This document shows positions 54,791-64,000 of a DNA stretch of 64,000 nucleotides, piece after piece. The stretch is from positions 1,422 through 65,421 of the forward strand of contig DJVQ01000025.1 in assembly GCA_002441265.1 (NCBI GenBank), given 5' to 3'. The notes under the pieces were generated by a model that saw only the letters and a list, made by a program, of their open reading frames with translations, did not search any database and was not told where the DNA came from. The DNA comes from Syntrophaceae bacterium UBA6252. Its GTDB lineage: Bacteria; Desulfobacterota; Syntrophia; Syntrophales; UBA6807. Numbering within the stretch: position 1 is the first letter of the stretch; every line of letters begins with the position of its first letter. The position numbers and the translations under genes were made by a program.

Positions 54791-57397
54791 TCAGATGAAA
54801 CGGAACAGTTGGGCCCTGAGGGCATCGACCCGGGCCTTCTCCTCCGTCAGCGTATAATACGTGCTTTCCCCCTTCCCGCCCGAGGTCGTCTCGGACAGAA
54901 CGATTTCCCAATCCTGCAGGAAACGCAGGGCGTTCTGGAAGTTGACGTGGGACAGGGCCTCAGTCTTGGAGATCTCCCCCTTCTTGTACATCTTCGATCC
55001 CAGTTTCTGCATCGCCTTCAGGAAATCCTTCTCGGCCCGTTTCCGGTTCCGCAGGTAGGCCGTGCCGCGCAGGGCGATCCAGTAGGACTCGATGTAGTTG
55101 TGGATCAGGCCGTAATAAGGAGCGAGCCCCAGCCGGCCTTTTCCCTTGACCTCGATCCACGCGTCGCCGTCGTCCTCCAGATGCCCTTCGATCATCCCCC
55201 GTTCGCGCATGTAGCCGATGGCGTCGTTGACTTCCTCGGTGTCGTCGACGCCGTCGTCGAAGACGAACTCTTGACGGAACATCCTCTTGAAAAAGCGGTA
55301 GTCCCCCAGGAGATCCTTGAGGGACACCCGGTCCTCCACGGAGGACAGGATGCCAGCCGCGACAAAGGACAGGGGCATGAAGAAGTGAAGGATGTTGTTC
55401 TTGTAATACTCCAGGTTCATCCGTTTGTCTTCATCCATGGAATAGATCGTCTCGCTCAGTTCCTCCATGCCTTCCTCCTCCTCCGGACCCATCCTGGAAA
55501 CGAGGCCGAGGGACTCGAAACTGGCAAGGGCGTCGTTGACGGCCTTCTCGCGGTTGGCGAAGGTGGCGGCGAGCCTGGCATCCCGGCGGGACAGATACTC
55601 GAGGAATTCCCCGGCGATGGCGAGAAGGTCCACGTGGGAGATGCCCCTCCGGAAATGGGAGAGAAGAACGGACGCGGTGAGCGAGAACGGGGTCACCACC
55701 GTGACCCGGTTGATCCGGGCGGCCAGGTCGTAGCTGATTTTCCGGTAGAAGGCCCGGCGGTCCGTGATGTCCATCGATTCGAAGGACGCTTCCTGGGAAG
55801 CGAGATAATCCTTGAGAAGGATCGGATCGCCGATGTTCAGGTACACGCTTCCGTATCGTTTTCTCAGAAATTTCCTGCTCCGGAAGAGCGCCTTCGTGTT
55901 TTCCCGGACCTTCGATTCCCCGCCGATCTCCCTCAGGTAGGATTTTTCCTCGATGACCCGGTCATATCCGATGTAGGCGGGGATGAGCGCCAGATTCTCG
56001 CAGGCCCCCTCCCGGAAGGCCTGGATCACCATGGAAATGAGACCGAACTTGGGCAGGACCATCTTTCCCGTCCGGCTTCTTCCCCCCTCGATGAAAAATT
56101 CGATGGGGAACCCTTCCTCCAGGAGGACCTTCAGATATCTGGAAAACACTTCCGCATAAATGCCGTCGCCCTTGAAGCTCCTCCGGATGAAGAATGCGCC
56201 GGACTTCCGGAAGACGTGTCCCAGGGGCCAGAACATGAGATTGGTTCCCGCGACGACGAAGGGAAGCTGGATGTTGTTGTGGTAAAACACGTAGGAAAGA
56301 AACAGGTAATCGATGTGGCTCCGATGGCAGGGAATGACGATGAAGGGCATTTTTCTCGCGATGCCCCGCATCCTGGCAAGCCCGTCGCGGTCGATCACGA
56401 CGCCGTCGTAGATGTCGTTCCACAGCCACGTGAGAAATATGTCCCACAGTCCCGTGTACGTCTCGTTGTAATCGGAAGCGATCTCATACAGGTATCTCTC
56501 CGACTGGTGGACAATCTCCTGGGAGTCCCTCCCTTCCCGGTCGGCATGTTCCCGGATGAAGGACAGGAAATCGGGGTCCCTCAGGACCCTCCCGATCAGT
56601 TCCTCCCTCGATTTGACGACAGGCCCCACGATGGACCTTTTTTCCCCGTCGATCCGTTCGATCAGCCGTCTCCGGAGCATGTAGGAAGTGGTCTCCGCGG
56701 TGCGGCTGCTGTTCTTGTCCAGGAATTCCCATAGATCGAGGGGCTCCGAGATGACGGCGAAGGCCTTCTTCGAAAACCGGAGGAAATTGATCATCCGCCG
56801 GAGAGGACCCGGATTTTCCACCTCTCCGAAGAGAAGGTCGAGAAACGTCTTTTCCTTTCTCTCCCTCCGCCTTCCGTAGGCCACCAGGATGGGAACGACG
56901 AACACCGGCCCGGCTCCCGCGGCCCGCGCCCTGATGAGTTGAAGGAGCGGGTCCCGGACGTAGCGGCTTCCGAAATACTCGGAACCTCTCAGGTAGATGA
57001 TGGAGCTTTTCCCCTCCGTGGTGACCCTTCCGAGGTATTCCAACCGGTCGGGATCGTGAAAGGGCAGGCTGAAGAGGGAGCGGATCGCCCTGGAGAACGG
57101 CTGCCACAGGGCCATGTTGACGCCGTGGCTGTATTCGGGAACGGGAAGATCCTTGCGGAGCGCCAGATTTTCGAGGATCAGCGTGTTGAGCTGGCTGCCG
57201 TTTTTCAGGGCGTAGACCACTGTCCCCTTCCGGGAGAGGGCGCGGATCTCCTCCACCGATTCCTCGGCGATCACGACGCGGTCGAGAAACCGGCGTAAAA
57301 AATAAAACAGAAGGGAGTGACGCCTCGGATACAGGGCTCCGGTGTAAACCTCCCGGAAACGCCTTCCCAGGGCGTCCATGCGGTCGCGAAGGCTCAT
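54791..57397 (-). CDS. plsB: Glycerol-3-phosphate acyltransferase PlsB
   Basis: 868 aa with the HX4D motif (CHRSHIDYL) and FFIEGGRSRTGK. Confidence 0.9.
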   Translation of the reverse strand: MSLRDRMDALGRRFREVYTGALYPRRHSLLFYFLRRFLDRVVIAEESVEEIRALSRKGTVVYALKNGSQLNTLILENLALRKDLPVPEYSHGVNMALWQPFSRAIRSLFSLPFHDPDRLEYLGRVTTEGKSSIIYLRGSEYFGSRYVRDPLLQLIRARAAGAGPVFVVPILVAYGRRRERKEKTFLDLLFGEVENPGPLRRMINFLRFSKKAFAVISEPLDLWEFLDKNSSRTAETTSYMLRRRLIERIDGEKRSIVGPVVKSREELIGRVLRDPDFLSFIREHADREGRDSQEIVHQSERYLYEIASDYNETYTGLWDIFLTWLWNDIYDGVVIDRDGLARMRGIARKMPFIVIPCHRSHIDYLFLSYVFYHNNIQLPFVVAGTNLMFWPLGHVFRKSGAFFIRRSFKGDGIYAEVFSRYLKVLLEEGFPIEFFIEGGRSRTGKMVLPKFGLISMVIQAFREGACENLALIPAYIGYDRVIEEKSYLREIGGESKVRENTKALFRSRKFLRKRYGSVYLNIGDPILLKDYLASQEASFESMDITDRRAFYRKISYDLAARINRVTVVTPFSLTASVLLSHFRRGISHVDLLAIAGEFLEYLSRRDARLAATFANREKAVNDALASFESLGLVSRMGPEEEEGMEELSETIYSMDEDKRMNLEYYKNNILHFFMPLSFVAAGILSSVEDRVSLKDLLGDYRFFKRMFRQEFVFDDGVDDTEEVNDAIGYMRERGMIEGHLEDDGDAWIEVKGKGRLGLAPYYGLIHNYIESYWIALRGTAYLRNRKRAEKDFLKAMQKLGSKMYKKGEISKTEALSHVNFQNALRFLQDWEIVLSETTSGGKGESTYYTLTEEKARVDALRAQLFRFI

Positions 57398-57432
57398 GAT
57401 CCCGTCCCGGGGCCGGCGGTTCTTCTCCCCAT

Positions 57433-59205
57433 TTACAGGCTGCTCCCGTGAAATTCATCGGGGAACCGGTCCTTGAGGCGGCCCCACACAAATTCCTCGA
57501 TCTCCTCCCCGGTGACCCGTTTCATCGCCTCGTCCACCAGTTCCCGGCATTCCTCCCGGCTCACGTTCCGGATGATGTGTTTCACCTTGGGAATGGCAAG
57601 GGGGGTCATGCTCAGTTCATCCAGCCCGAGTCCGATGAGGACCATGGTGCATATGGGATCGCCCGCCATTTCACCGCACATGGCGATGCGGATGCCCGCC
57701 TCGTGCCCCGCCCGCACGACGCGCCGGATGAGGCGCAGAATGGCCGGATGAAGCGGTTCGTACAGATAGGTGACCCGGTCGTTCACCCGGTCGATGGCCA
57801 GGGAATACTGAATGAGATCGTTCGTTCCGATGCTGAAGAAGTCGACCTCCCGGGCGAGTGCGTCGGCCATCATGACCGCCGAGGGCACCTCGATCATGAC
57901 GCCGATCTCCAGTTTCGACCCGAAAGGGATTCCCTCCCGGCGCAGGTCTTCCCGCACTTCCTCGAGGATTCTCTTCGTCTCCCGGATTTCCTTCACGCCG
58001 GAAATCATGGGGAAGAGGATCCGGGTGTTCCCGATGGCGCCGGCCCGCAGAATGGCTCTCAACTGGGACTTGAAAAGGTCCACTTCCTGGAGGCAGAACC
58101 GGATGGCCCGAAGTCCCATGGCGGGGTTCATCTCCTCCGCAAGGCGGGGGTCGGAGATGAACTTGTCTCCGCCGAGGTCGAAAGTCCGGATGGTGCTCCA
58201 CTGAACCCCCGGATTTTCCACAAGCCTCCGGTAGTTCTCGAAGTGCTCCTCCTCCGTGGGAAGGCGGTCCCTGTTGATGTAGAGGAACTCGGTCCTGTAC
58301 AGGCCCACACCGTCCGCACCGTGGGCGAGAACGGAGGGAATCTCCTCGATGAACTCGATGTTGGCGCCGATGTGGACGAAGTGGCCGTCCCGGGTCACCG
58401 CCCGGAGATGGGCGTCGCGGAGATAGCGCTCGCTCATGGCCCAGTAATGCTTTTTCTTGTCGGCGTACCGTTTCAGGACCTCCGGGTCGGGATTGACGAT
58501 CACCACCCCCGCCGTGCCGTCGATGATCACCGTGTCCTCGTTCTGGACGTTCGCCGTGATCTCCTGCAATCCGACGACTGCGGGGATCTCCATGGATCGG
58601 GCCACGATGGCCGTGTGAGAGGTCTTGCCCCCCATGTCCGTGGCAAACCCGAGGACCTTGTCGGGACTCATCTGGACCGTGTCGGCGGGAGACAGGTCCC
58701 GGGAGATGACGATGCACTCCTCCTGGATTTCCGAGATGCTGTCCGGTTTCCCGGCCGACAGGTTCCTGAGTACCCGCTGGGTAACGTTTTCCACGTCGGC
58801 GATCCGCTCCCGGAGATATTCGTCCTCCATCTTGCTGAAGAGGTCCCGGTATTTGAGCAGCGTGAGCCGGAGGGCCCATTCGGCATTGATCCGCTTTTCC
58901 CGGATGAAATTCACCGTGTCCCTGCGGTAGGACCGGTCCTTCAGAATGAGCGTGTGAACGTCGATGAAACGGGACTCGATCCCTTCCCGGCTCGCCATCT
59001 TTTCCCGGATGCCCGCCAGCTCCTGTTCGGCGCTTTTCAGGGCCTTCCGGAACCGCCGGATCTCCTCGGCGACCTGGGAGGCCTTGACAAGATGGTACGA
59101 AGGGGCGGCCATGTCCTGATGGTTCAGCACAAAGGCCCTGCCGCTCACGATTCCCGGGGACACCCCGATTCCCTTGAAAACCGATGTCGTTTTGGGTTCG
59201 TTCAT
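57433..59205 (-). CDS. ptsI: PEP--protein phosphotransferase (PTS Enzyme I)
   Basis: 590 aa with GGKTSHTAIVARSMEIPAVVG and CGEMAGDP. Confidence 0.95.
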   Translation of the reverse strand: MNEPKTTSVFKGIGVSPGIVSGRAFVLNHQDMAAPSYHLVKASQVAEEIRRFRKALKSAEQELAGIREKMASREGIESRFIDVHTLILKDRSYRRDTVNFIREKRINAEWALRLTLLKYRDLFSKMEDEYLRERIADVENVTQRVLRNLSAGKPDSISEIQEECIVISRDLSPADTVQMSPDKVLGFATDMGGKTSHTAIVARSMEIPAVVGLQEITANVQNEDTVIIDGTAGVVIVNPDPEVLKRYADKKKHYWAMSERYLRDAHLRAVTRDGHFVHIGANIEFIEEIPSVLAHGADGVGLYRTEFLYINRDRLPTEEEHFENYRRLVENPGVQWSTIRTFDLGGDKFISDPRLAEEMNPAMGLRAIRFCLQEVDLFKSQLRAILRAGAIGNTRILFPMISGVKEIRETKRILEEVREDLRREGIPFGSKLEIGVMIEVPSAVMMADALAREVDFFSIGTNDLIQYSLAIDRVNDRVTYLYEPLHPAILRLIRRVVRAGHEAGIRIAMCGEMAGDPICTMVLIGLGLDELSMTPLAIPKVKHIIRNVSREECRELVDEAMKRVTGEEIEEFVWGRLKDRFPDEFHGSSL

Positions 59206-59211
59206 TCCCGC

Positions 59212-59481
59212 CTAAGCTTCCCCGAATTTGTTCTCGATGATTTCCGCGATCTTCTCCATGGCTTCCCGCGCATCCCCGCCTTCGGCGTTCACCGTGATGA
59301 CCCCTCCTTTGGGACAGGCGAGGGTGAGGATTCCGAGGATGCTTTTCCCGTTCACCCGGATTCCGTCCTTCTCAAGGAAGATTCTGGACTTGTACTGGCT
59401 GGACACATTCACGAGAAGCGCCGCAGCCCTTGCATGAAGTCCCAATTCGTTTTTGAGGACAAAGGACCTTGTTTCTTTCAT
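59212..59481 (-). CDS. ptsH: Phosphocarrier protein HPr
   Basis: 89 aa from ATG 59481. GLHARAAA (His15 region) and GKSILGI (Ser46 region). Confidence 0.92.
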   Translation of the reverse strand: MKETRSFVLKNELGLHARAAALLVNVSSQYKSRIFLEKDGIRVNGKSILGILTLACPKGGVITVNAEGGDAREAMEKIAEIIENKFGEA

Positions 59482-60227
59482 GAGATCAACGCCAGACCGA
59501 AGGCCGCGATCGCGGTCCCATAGACGGCATACAGAATGGAAACCCTTTCGCGGACGAGAAAGTGAACGACGAGAAGGAATCCGAAAGCCGCCAGGGATTC
59601 CCGCCAATACATTTCGAGGCCGCCCGCGTAAGAAAAGGCGCCCGGGGAAAACCCCCCGTACAGGGCGGCCGGGAGAAGAACGGCCCACCGGAGCCGGACC
59701 GTCCACCGGGGGAGTTCGAGTTTCCGGAGAAAGGACGTTGCGCCCTGCCCGTCACGGAAACCCTCGAAAAAACCGCCGACACGGATATAGCCGTGGAGGG
59801 CATTGTAAACGAGAAGCCCGGCAAGGATGCCCCAGGGATGACCGTTCGCCGCCAGGAGAACGGCGAGAACCATGGAAAACGGTTTCAGCGCCCCCCAGAA
59901 GAAAGGGTCTCCCAGGGCCGCGTAAGGACCGGCCAGCACCTCCTTCAGACGGACCGCCCGGGTTTTCTCTTCCCCCGGCGCGGACGCCCCTTCCTCCAGG
60001 ACCGCCACCGAACCGAGAATGGGTGCCGAAAGACAGGGATTGCATTGAAATCTTTCGAGGTGCCGCATAAGGAACGCCCGCCGGAACGACCCGTCGCCCT
60101 CTTTCTTCTCCAGAAGAGGAAGAAGGGAAAATGCGAATCCCACGTTCTGCAGCCGGTCCATGTTCCAGCACGAATGGATCAGAAAAGACCGGAACAGAAT
60201 ATTGCAGGGTCCGGAAAAACCGACCAT
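59478..60227 (-). CDS. PTS mannose/fructose/sorbose-family EIID-like membrane component (orphan)
   Basis: LFRSFLIHSCWNMDRLQNVGFAFSLLP, RHLERFQCNPCLSAPILG and GPYAALGDPFFWGALKP line up with E. coli ManZ blocks. Start taken at ATG 60227. Confidence 0.8.
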   Translation of the reverse strand: MVGFSGPCNILFRSFLIHSCWNMDRLQNVGFAFSLLPLLEKKEGDGSFRRAFLMRHLERFQCNPCLSAPILGSVAVLEEGASAPGEEKTRAVRLKEVLAGPYAALGDPFFWGALKPFSMVLAVLLAANGHPWGILAGLLVYNALHGYIRVGGFFEGFRDGQGATSFLRKLELPRWTVRLRWAVLLPAALYGGFSPGAFSYAGGLEMYWRESLAAFGFLLVVHFLVRERVSILYAVYGTAIAAFGLALIS

Positions 60228-60464
60228 CGGTACACACCTTAAAAGGGATTCCGCCCGCCGGCCAGAACCCCTGAAAACAACTTCCTGTTTCCTTTGATAT
60301 TTGCAGATGTCCTCCACTAACACGATTGCCTGGGGAAGTCAATGTCCGGAGCGGTTCCGGCGTCCCTTTCCCTGCGGGTTTCCGCCCCCTTCGCCCCTCC
60401 ATCCGGAACGGCGGCCCGGGGGAGGATTCGGGCCATTTTTTTGTCATTTTCCGCCGTTTTTCTA

Positions 60465-60493
60465 TTGACAGCATCCAGTGAATCTGGTAGGAA
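60465..60493 (+). promoter_or_regulatory. Candidate sigma70 promoter for the PxxKW gene
   Basis: TTGACA (60465-60470), a 17-nt spacer, then TAGGAA (60488-60493). The hairpin GATCCGCC-CG-GCGGATC lies in the leader (60521-60537). Confidence 0.4.
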
Positions 60494-60571
60494 TTCCGAC
60501 GCTTAAATAAAAGGACGGAAGATCCGCCCGGCGGATCGGCGTCGACAATCCGAGAAAAGGGGGTGATTCCC

Positions 60572-60856
60572 ATGCTTTGCGTATCGGTCAAGAAAGGGGT
60601 TGATTGCGCCTTCATGACGAAAAAGGGTTGCGGCTACAACGGCGGCAGCTGCCATGAAATCGTCGAAAAATGTGAAGGCTGCGGCAAGATCATCATGCAT
60701 ACGGAGAAGAAATACTGCTCCGTCTATCCCGACCCGGCGAGCAAATGGTCCATGGGTGGCTGCAGGACGGCAACCCACATCAAGAAAGCCGTGGCCGAGC
60801 AGGCCCAGAAGATCAATCCGCTGAAGGCCTCGAAACGGGCCGCCCACGGAAGGTAA
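60572..60856 (+). CDS. PxxKW-family cysteine-rich small protein
   Basis: 94 aa from ATG 60572, with RBS AAGGGGG. MLCVSVKKGVDCAFMTKKGCGYNGGSCHEIVEKCEGCGK...CSVYPDPASKWSMGGC contains 10 Cys and the PASKW motif. Confidence 0.75.
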   Translation: MLCVSVKKGVDCAFMTKKGCGYNGGSCHEIVEKCEGCGKIIMHTEKKYCSVYPDPASKWSMGGCRTATHIKKAVAEQAQKINPLKASKRAAHGR

Positions 60857-61023
60857 ATCGCAGTTCTCAGCGCGCACAGGACGCAAGGAAGAACACAGTC
60901 GCACGGGGGACCCGAGCGGGAGTGAACCTCCGTCTTCAATGAAGAGCGGGTCCCCGGGGGCAGGGAGAGGCCTGTCTCCGGCGGGCGGACCGGTTCGGAT
61001 CACGGAACGTCTCCGTGTGCGGC

Positions 61024-61401
61024 CTATGTGAGGATGGACTGGATTTCGAGAAGCGCCCGCTTCACTTCCGCAAGAAGATGCCGGTCGTCCGGCGCTGCAG
61101 GGGGGGGAGATGCCTCGGGAAATTCCTTTCCCGTCCGGAGTTCGGCGAGACGTTTCTTCGCGCCGGCGATGGTGAAGCGTTCCTCGTAGAGCAGAAACTT
61201 GACGGAAAGAAGCGTTTCCACGTCCTTTCGCCGGTAGAGCCTCTGGTCCGATTTCGTCCGCAGGGGCCTCACCGCCTTGAACTCCGATTCCCAGTAGCGG
61301 ATCACGTAAGGTTCGACGCCTACGATCCGGCTCACCTCTCCGATCCGGAAGTAGGATTTTCCGGGAATCTGAACCTCCCGATTCGCTGGAAGATCGTTCA
61401 T
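61024..61401 (-). CDS. MerR-family transcriptional regulator
   Basis: 125 aa with the [28 protein letters not shown]. 4-nt overlap with the pheT stop. Confidence 0.85.
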   Translation of the reverse strand: MNDLPANREVQIPGKSYFRIGEVSRIVGVEPYVIRYWESEFKAVRPLRTKSDQRLYRRKDVETLLSVKFLLYEERFTIAGAKKRLAELRTGKEFPEASPPPAAPDDRHLLAEVKRALLEIQSILT

Positions 61402-63809
61402 GTGCCTCGAACTTTCCCCTTTGTCCCGGCGATGAGCCGGTCCACAATCCTTTCATGGACCTGGGTGACCCGGTCGTCGGTGAGGGTCCCCTCGGGGGAC
61501 CGGTAGGTCATCCGCACGCCGATGCTCATCATGCCGTCGGGAATCCCCTTTCCCAAGTATACATCGAATATCTTCGCAGATTCCAGCTCTTTTTCCCCCG
61601 ATTCGTTCACGATCCGGAGGATATCGGCGCTTTCCATGGCCCCGTCTACGAGAAGGGCCACGTCCCGGCTCACCGCCGGATACCTCGTGATTTCCCGGAA
61701 CCTGATCTCCCGCCCTCCCAGCGCCAGGAGGCGGGCAAGATCCAGCTCGAAGGCGACCACGCGCTGCCGGATGTCCATCCGGTCCAGAACGGCGGGGTGA
61801 ACTTCCCCGAGAAAGCCGAGGGGTTCCCCGCCGGCCTCCAGCCGGCAGGATCTCCCGGCATGAAGGAAGGGCGGACAGTCGCCCGACCGGTACAGGATCT
61901 CCCCCGTCTTCAGGACCTGGAACATCCTTTCCAGGAGCCCTTTCACGTCGTGAAAGTCTCCCTCCTCGCCCTTTTCGTTCCATCTCCCGCTGTAGCGAAG
62001 ACCCGTAAGGACGCCCCCGATCCGCTCCTCCTCCTCGGGAAGGACGCCGGGACCGCGATCATAAAAAACGCTTCCCGACTCGAAAAGCTTCAGGTCGGGA
62101 TTCCCCGCGTGAATGTTCCTTCTGACCCCCTGCAGGAGTCCGGTGATGAGGTTCGTTCTCATGACGGAAAGGTCTTCCGCCAGGGGATTCCGGATCCGCA
62201 CGAATCTACGCCATCGGTCGTCCTCCGGGAGTCCGAGGACGTCCGCCGAAAGGGGGGAAATGAAGCTGTAGTGAATCGTCTCCGAATAGCCGGAGCCGTT
62301 CAGGACCGCCCGGAGAAGGGAAAGGGCCTTCTTCCGGCCTTCTTCCCCCTGGGTTCCCGCCATGGGGGGCACGGTCACGGGCACCTTGTCATACCCGGCA
62401 ATGCGGGCCACCTCCTCGATGAGGTCGACTTCCCGGGCAAGATCGACCCGGCAGGTGGGAGGGGTGACTGCATATTCCCCCTTCCCCCGGGCATCGATTT
62501 TCATCCCCAGGCCTTTCAGGGCCTTCTTCACCTGTCCCGAGGTCAGGCCGGTACCGAGCACCCGGTTGACCCTCCCGATCCGCAGGGGAATGTCCTTCGC
62601 GGAGGCGACCTTCTTCGGATACTCGTCGATCAGGCCGCGGCAGACCCGCCCTCCCGAGAGTTCCGCCAGGAGACGGGCCGAGCGGTTCAACGCCCACAGG
62701 ACCCCCTCGGGGTCGATTCCCCGCTCGAAGCGGTAGGCCGCCTCGGTGGACATGCCCAGCCGTTTCGACGAACGCCGGATGCTGGAAGGCGAGAAATAGG
62801 CGCTTTCGAGGAGAATGGTTTCGGTGTCCTCCTTCACTTCCGAGTTGAGCCCTCCCATGATGCCCGCGATGGCGACGGGTTTCACCCCGTCGCAGATCAT
62901 GAGGGTCTTTCCGTCGAGGATCCGCACCTTTTCGTCCAGGGAAACGAATTCCTCTCCGTCACGGGAGCCCCGGACAACGATCCGGCCTTCCTCGAGGTAC
63001 CGGAAATCGAAGGCGTGCAGGGGCTGGCCGCACTCGAGCATGACGAAATTGGTGACGTCGACGGCGTTGTTGATGGCCCGCATGCCCGCCGCCTCGAGAC
63101 GGAGGCGCATCCACCCCGGCGAGGGCCCGATGGTGATGCCCCGGACCATACGCGCCGTGTACCGCGGGCACAGGTCGGGATCCTTGATTTCCACCGACGC
63201 GAAATCCCCGATGTCCTCATCCGATTCGGCAATGGAGACGTCCGGGTACCGGACCCGCTCGCCCGTCAGGGCCGCCACCTCCCGCGCCATGCCGAGAACG
63301 CTGAGGCAGTCGGGACGGTTCGGGGTGATGCTCACCTCCAGGACGGTGTCTTCCAGATTCAGGGCGGCCGCGAGATCCCGGCCCAAAGCGAGGCCTTCGG
63401 GAAGGACGAGAATGCCTGACGTGTCCCCGCCGATGCCCAGTTCCTCCTCGGAGCAGAGCATCCCCTCGGAAAGCTCCCCCCGGATCCGGGAGCTTTTGAT
63501 CGTATAGCCTCCCGGCAGGCCGGCGCCCACGCGGGCCAGGGGCACGAGAATTCCCTCCCGCACGTTGGGTGCGCCGCAGACGATGGGCAGGGGCGCGCCC
63601 CCCGTCGTGACCTCGCACAGGGAAAGGGTTTCCGAATTGGGGTGGGGCCGGACCGAAAGGATCTTCGCGACGACGACCCCGGAAAAGCCGGGGCTCACCG
63701 TTTCAACGGACTCCACCTCGAACCCGGCCATGGTCAGCCGGTCGGCGAGCTCGCCGGGGTTCATGGAAATCCGGATGTAATCCCGGAGCCAGTTGAGACT
63801 CAGTTTCAT
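61398..63809 (-). CDS. pheT: Phenylalanine--tRNA ligase beta subunit
   Basis: 803 aa. Begins [12 protein letters not shown], with the tRNA-binding, B3/4, B5 and C-terminal FDX-ACB layout. Confidence 0.95.
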   Translation of the reverse strand: MKLSLNWLRDYIRISMNPGELADRLTMAGFEVESVETVSPGFSGVVVAKILSVRPHPNSETLSLCEVTTGGAPLPIVCGAPNVREGILVPLARVGAGLPGGYTIKSSRIRGELSEGMLCSEEELGIGGDTSGILVLPEGLALGRDLAAALNLEDTVLEVSITPNRPDCLSVLGMAREVAALTGERVRYPDVSIAESDEDIGDFASVEIKDPDLCPRYTARMVRGITIGPSPGWMRLRLEAAGMRAINNAVDVTNFVMLECGQPLHAFDFRYLEEGRIVVRGSRDGEEFVSLDEKVRILDGKTLMICDGVKPVAIAGIMGGLNSEVKEDTETILLESAYFSPSSIRRSSKRLGMSTEAAYRFERGIDPEGVLWALNRSARLLAELSGGRVCRGLIDEYPKKVASAKDIPLRIGRVNRVLGTGLTSGQVKKALKGLGMKIDARGKGEYAVTPPTCRVDLAREVDLIEEVARIAGYDKVPVTVPPMAGTQGEEGRKKALSLLRAVLNGSGYSETIHYSFISPLSADVLGLPEDDRWRRFVRIRNPLAEDLSVMRTNLITGLLQGVRRNIHAGNPDLKLFESGSVFYDRGPGVLPEEEERIGGVLTGLRYSGRWNEKGEEGDFHDVKGLLERMFQVLKTGEILYRSGDCPPFLHAGRSCRLEAGGEPLGFLGEVHPAVLDRMDIRQRVVAFELDLARLLALGGREIRFREITRYPAVSRDVALLVDGAMESADILRIVNESGEKELESAKIFDVYLGKGIPDGMMSIGVRMTYRSPEGTLTDDRVTQVHERIVDRLIAGTKGKVRGT

Positions 63810-63909
63810 GAATTCGAATCCCCCTTAAGGTGGAAGCGTTGGAATCGATGAAGTCAAGAAAGCCTGAACAACGCCTGTCCGGACAGCGACGGGAAAAGCC
63901 CCGGGGGCA

Positions 63910-63986
63910 CTGCGCCCGGATCCCGGAAACCGGCGCGCGCTTCCGCTGCGCCGCAGGGACGAGGGATGAAGGGCGACGCGGCAAGG
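63910..63986 (+). repeat. Dispersed ~80-nt element, copy R4
   Basis: CTGCGCCCGGATCCCGGAAACCGGCGCGCGCTTCCGCTGCGCCGCAGGGACGAGGGATGAAGGGCGACGCGGCAAGG, upstream of pheT. Confidence 0.65.
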
Positions 63987-64000
63987 GAACCTTTCGGGCG

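Noticed and set aside
54749-59523. 661-aa and 691-aa plus-strand ORFs (54749..56734, 57448..59523) opposite plsB and ptsI
   Set aside because: They are antisense shadows. The first merely starts at an ATG inside repeat copy R5.

Overview
GC-rich bacterial chromosomal segment (GC judged by eye, not computed). Gene content and order suggest a Desulfobacterota/deltaproteobacterial genome; this is inference only. The supporting gene sets are: the dcw cluster mraZ-rsmH-ftsL-ftsI-murE-murF; selB-fdhD; ffh-rpsP-KH-rimM-trmD-rplS-rnhB-yraN-rsmI; a T2SS that includes gspN and gspC; a Tat-exported selenocysteine formate dehydrogenase; a PxxKW cysteine-rich protein; and a GEMM-I riboswitch. Most of the window is housekeeping, and I recognise about 70 CDS. 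I saw no rRNA, tRNA, CRISPR array, cas gene, transposase, integrase or obvious defence gene. Ordinary genes do not explain the following. (1) Two intergenic loci (7.5-8.2 kb and 28.8-29.7 kb) carry tandem copies of a ~300-nt composite unit. Each unit has a REP-like GTAG hairpin plus a ~185-nt long hairpin; the 70-nt 3' arm of that hairpin is nearly invariant while its 5' arm and apical segment vary. (2) A different ~80-nt GC-rich element is dispersed in at least 5 intergenic spots. (3) A c-di-GMP-I (GEMM-I) riboswitch with its own promoter and candidate terminator sits upstream of a prepilin-peptidase/minor-pilin operon that has no ATPase, platform or major pilin. (4) A 13-gene T2SS operon has unusual order (F-G-H-PPIase-I-J-K-L-M-N-C-D-E), an embedded periplasmic parvulin, and no gspO. 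(5) Smaller oddities: an orphan PTS EIID next to HPr/EI, two free-standing Cys-rich mini-proteins, and a three-box MraZ operator. Many long ORFs in the supplied track are antisense or out-of-frame shadows of real genes, as expected in GC-rich DNA, and are not called.
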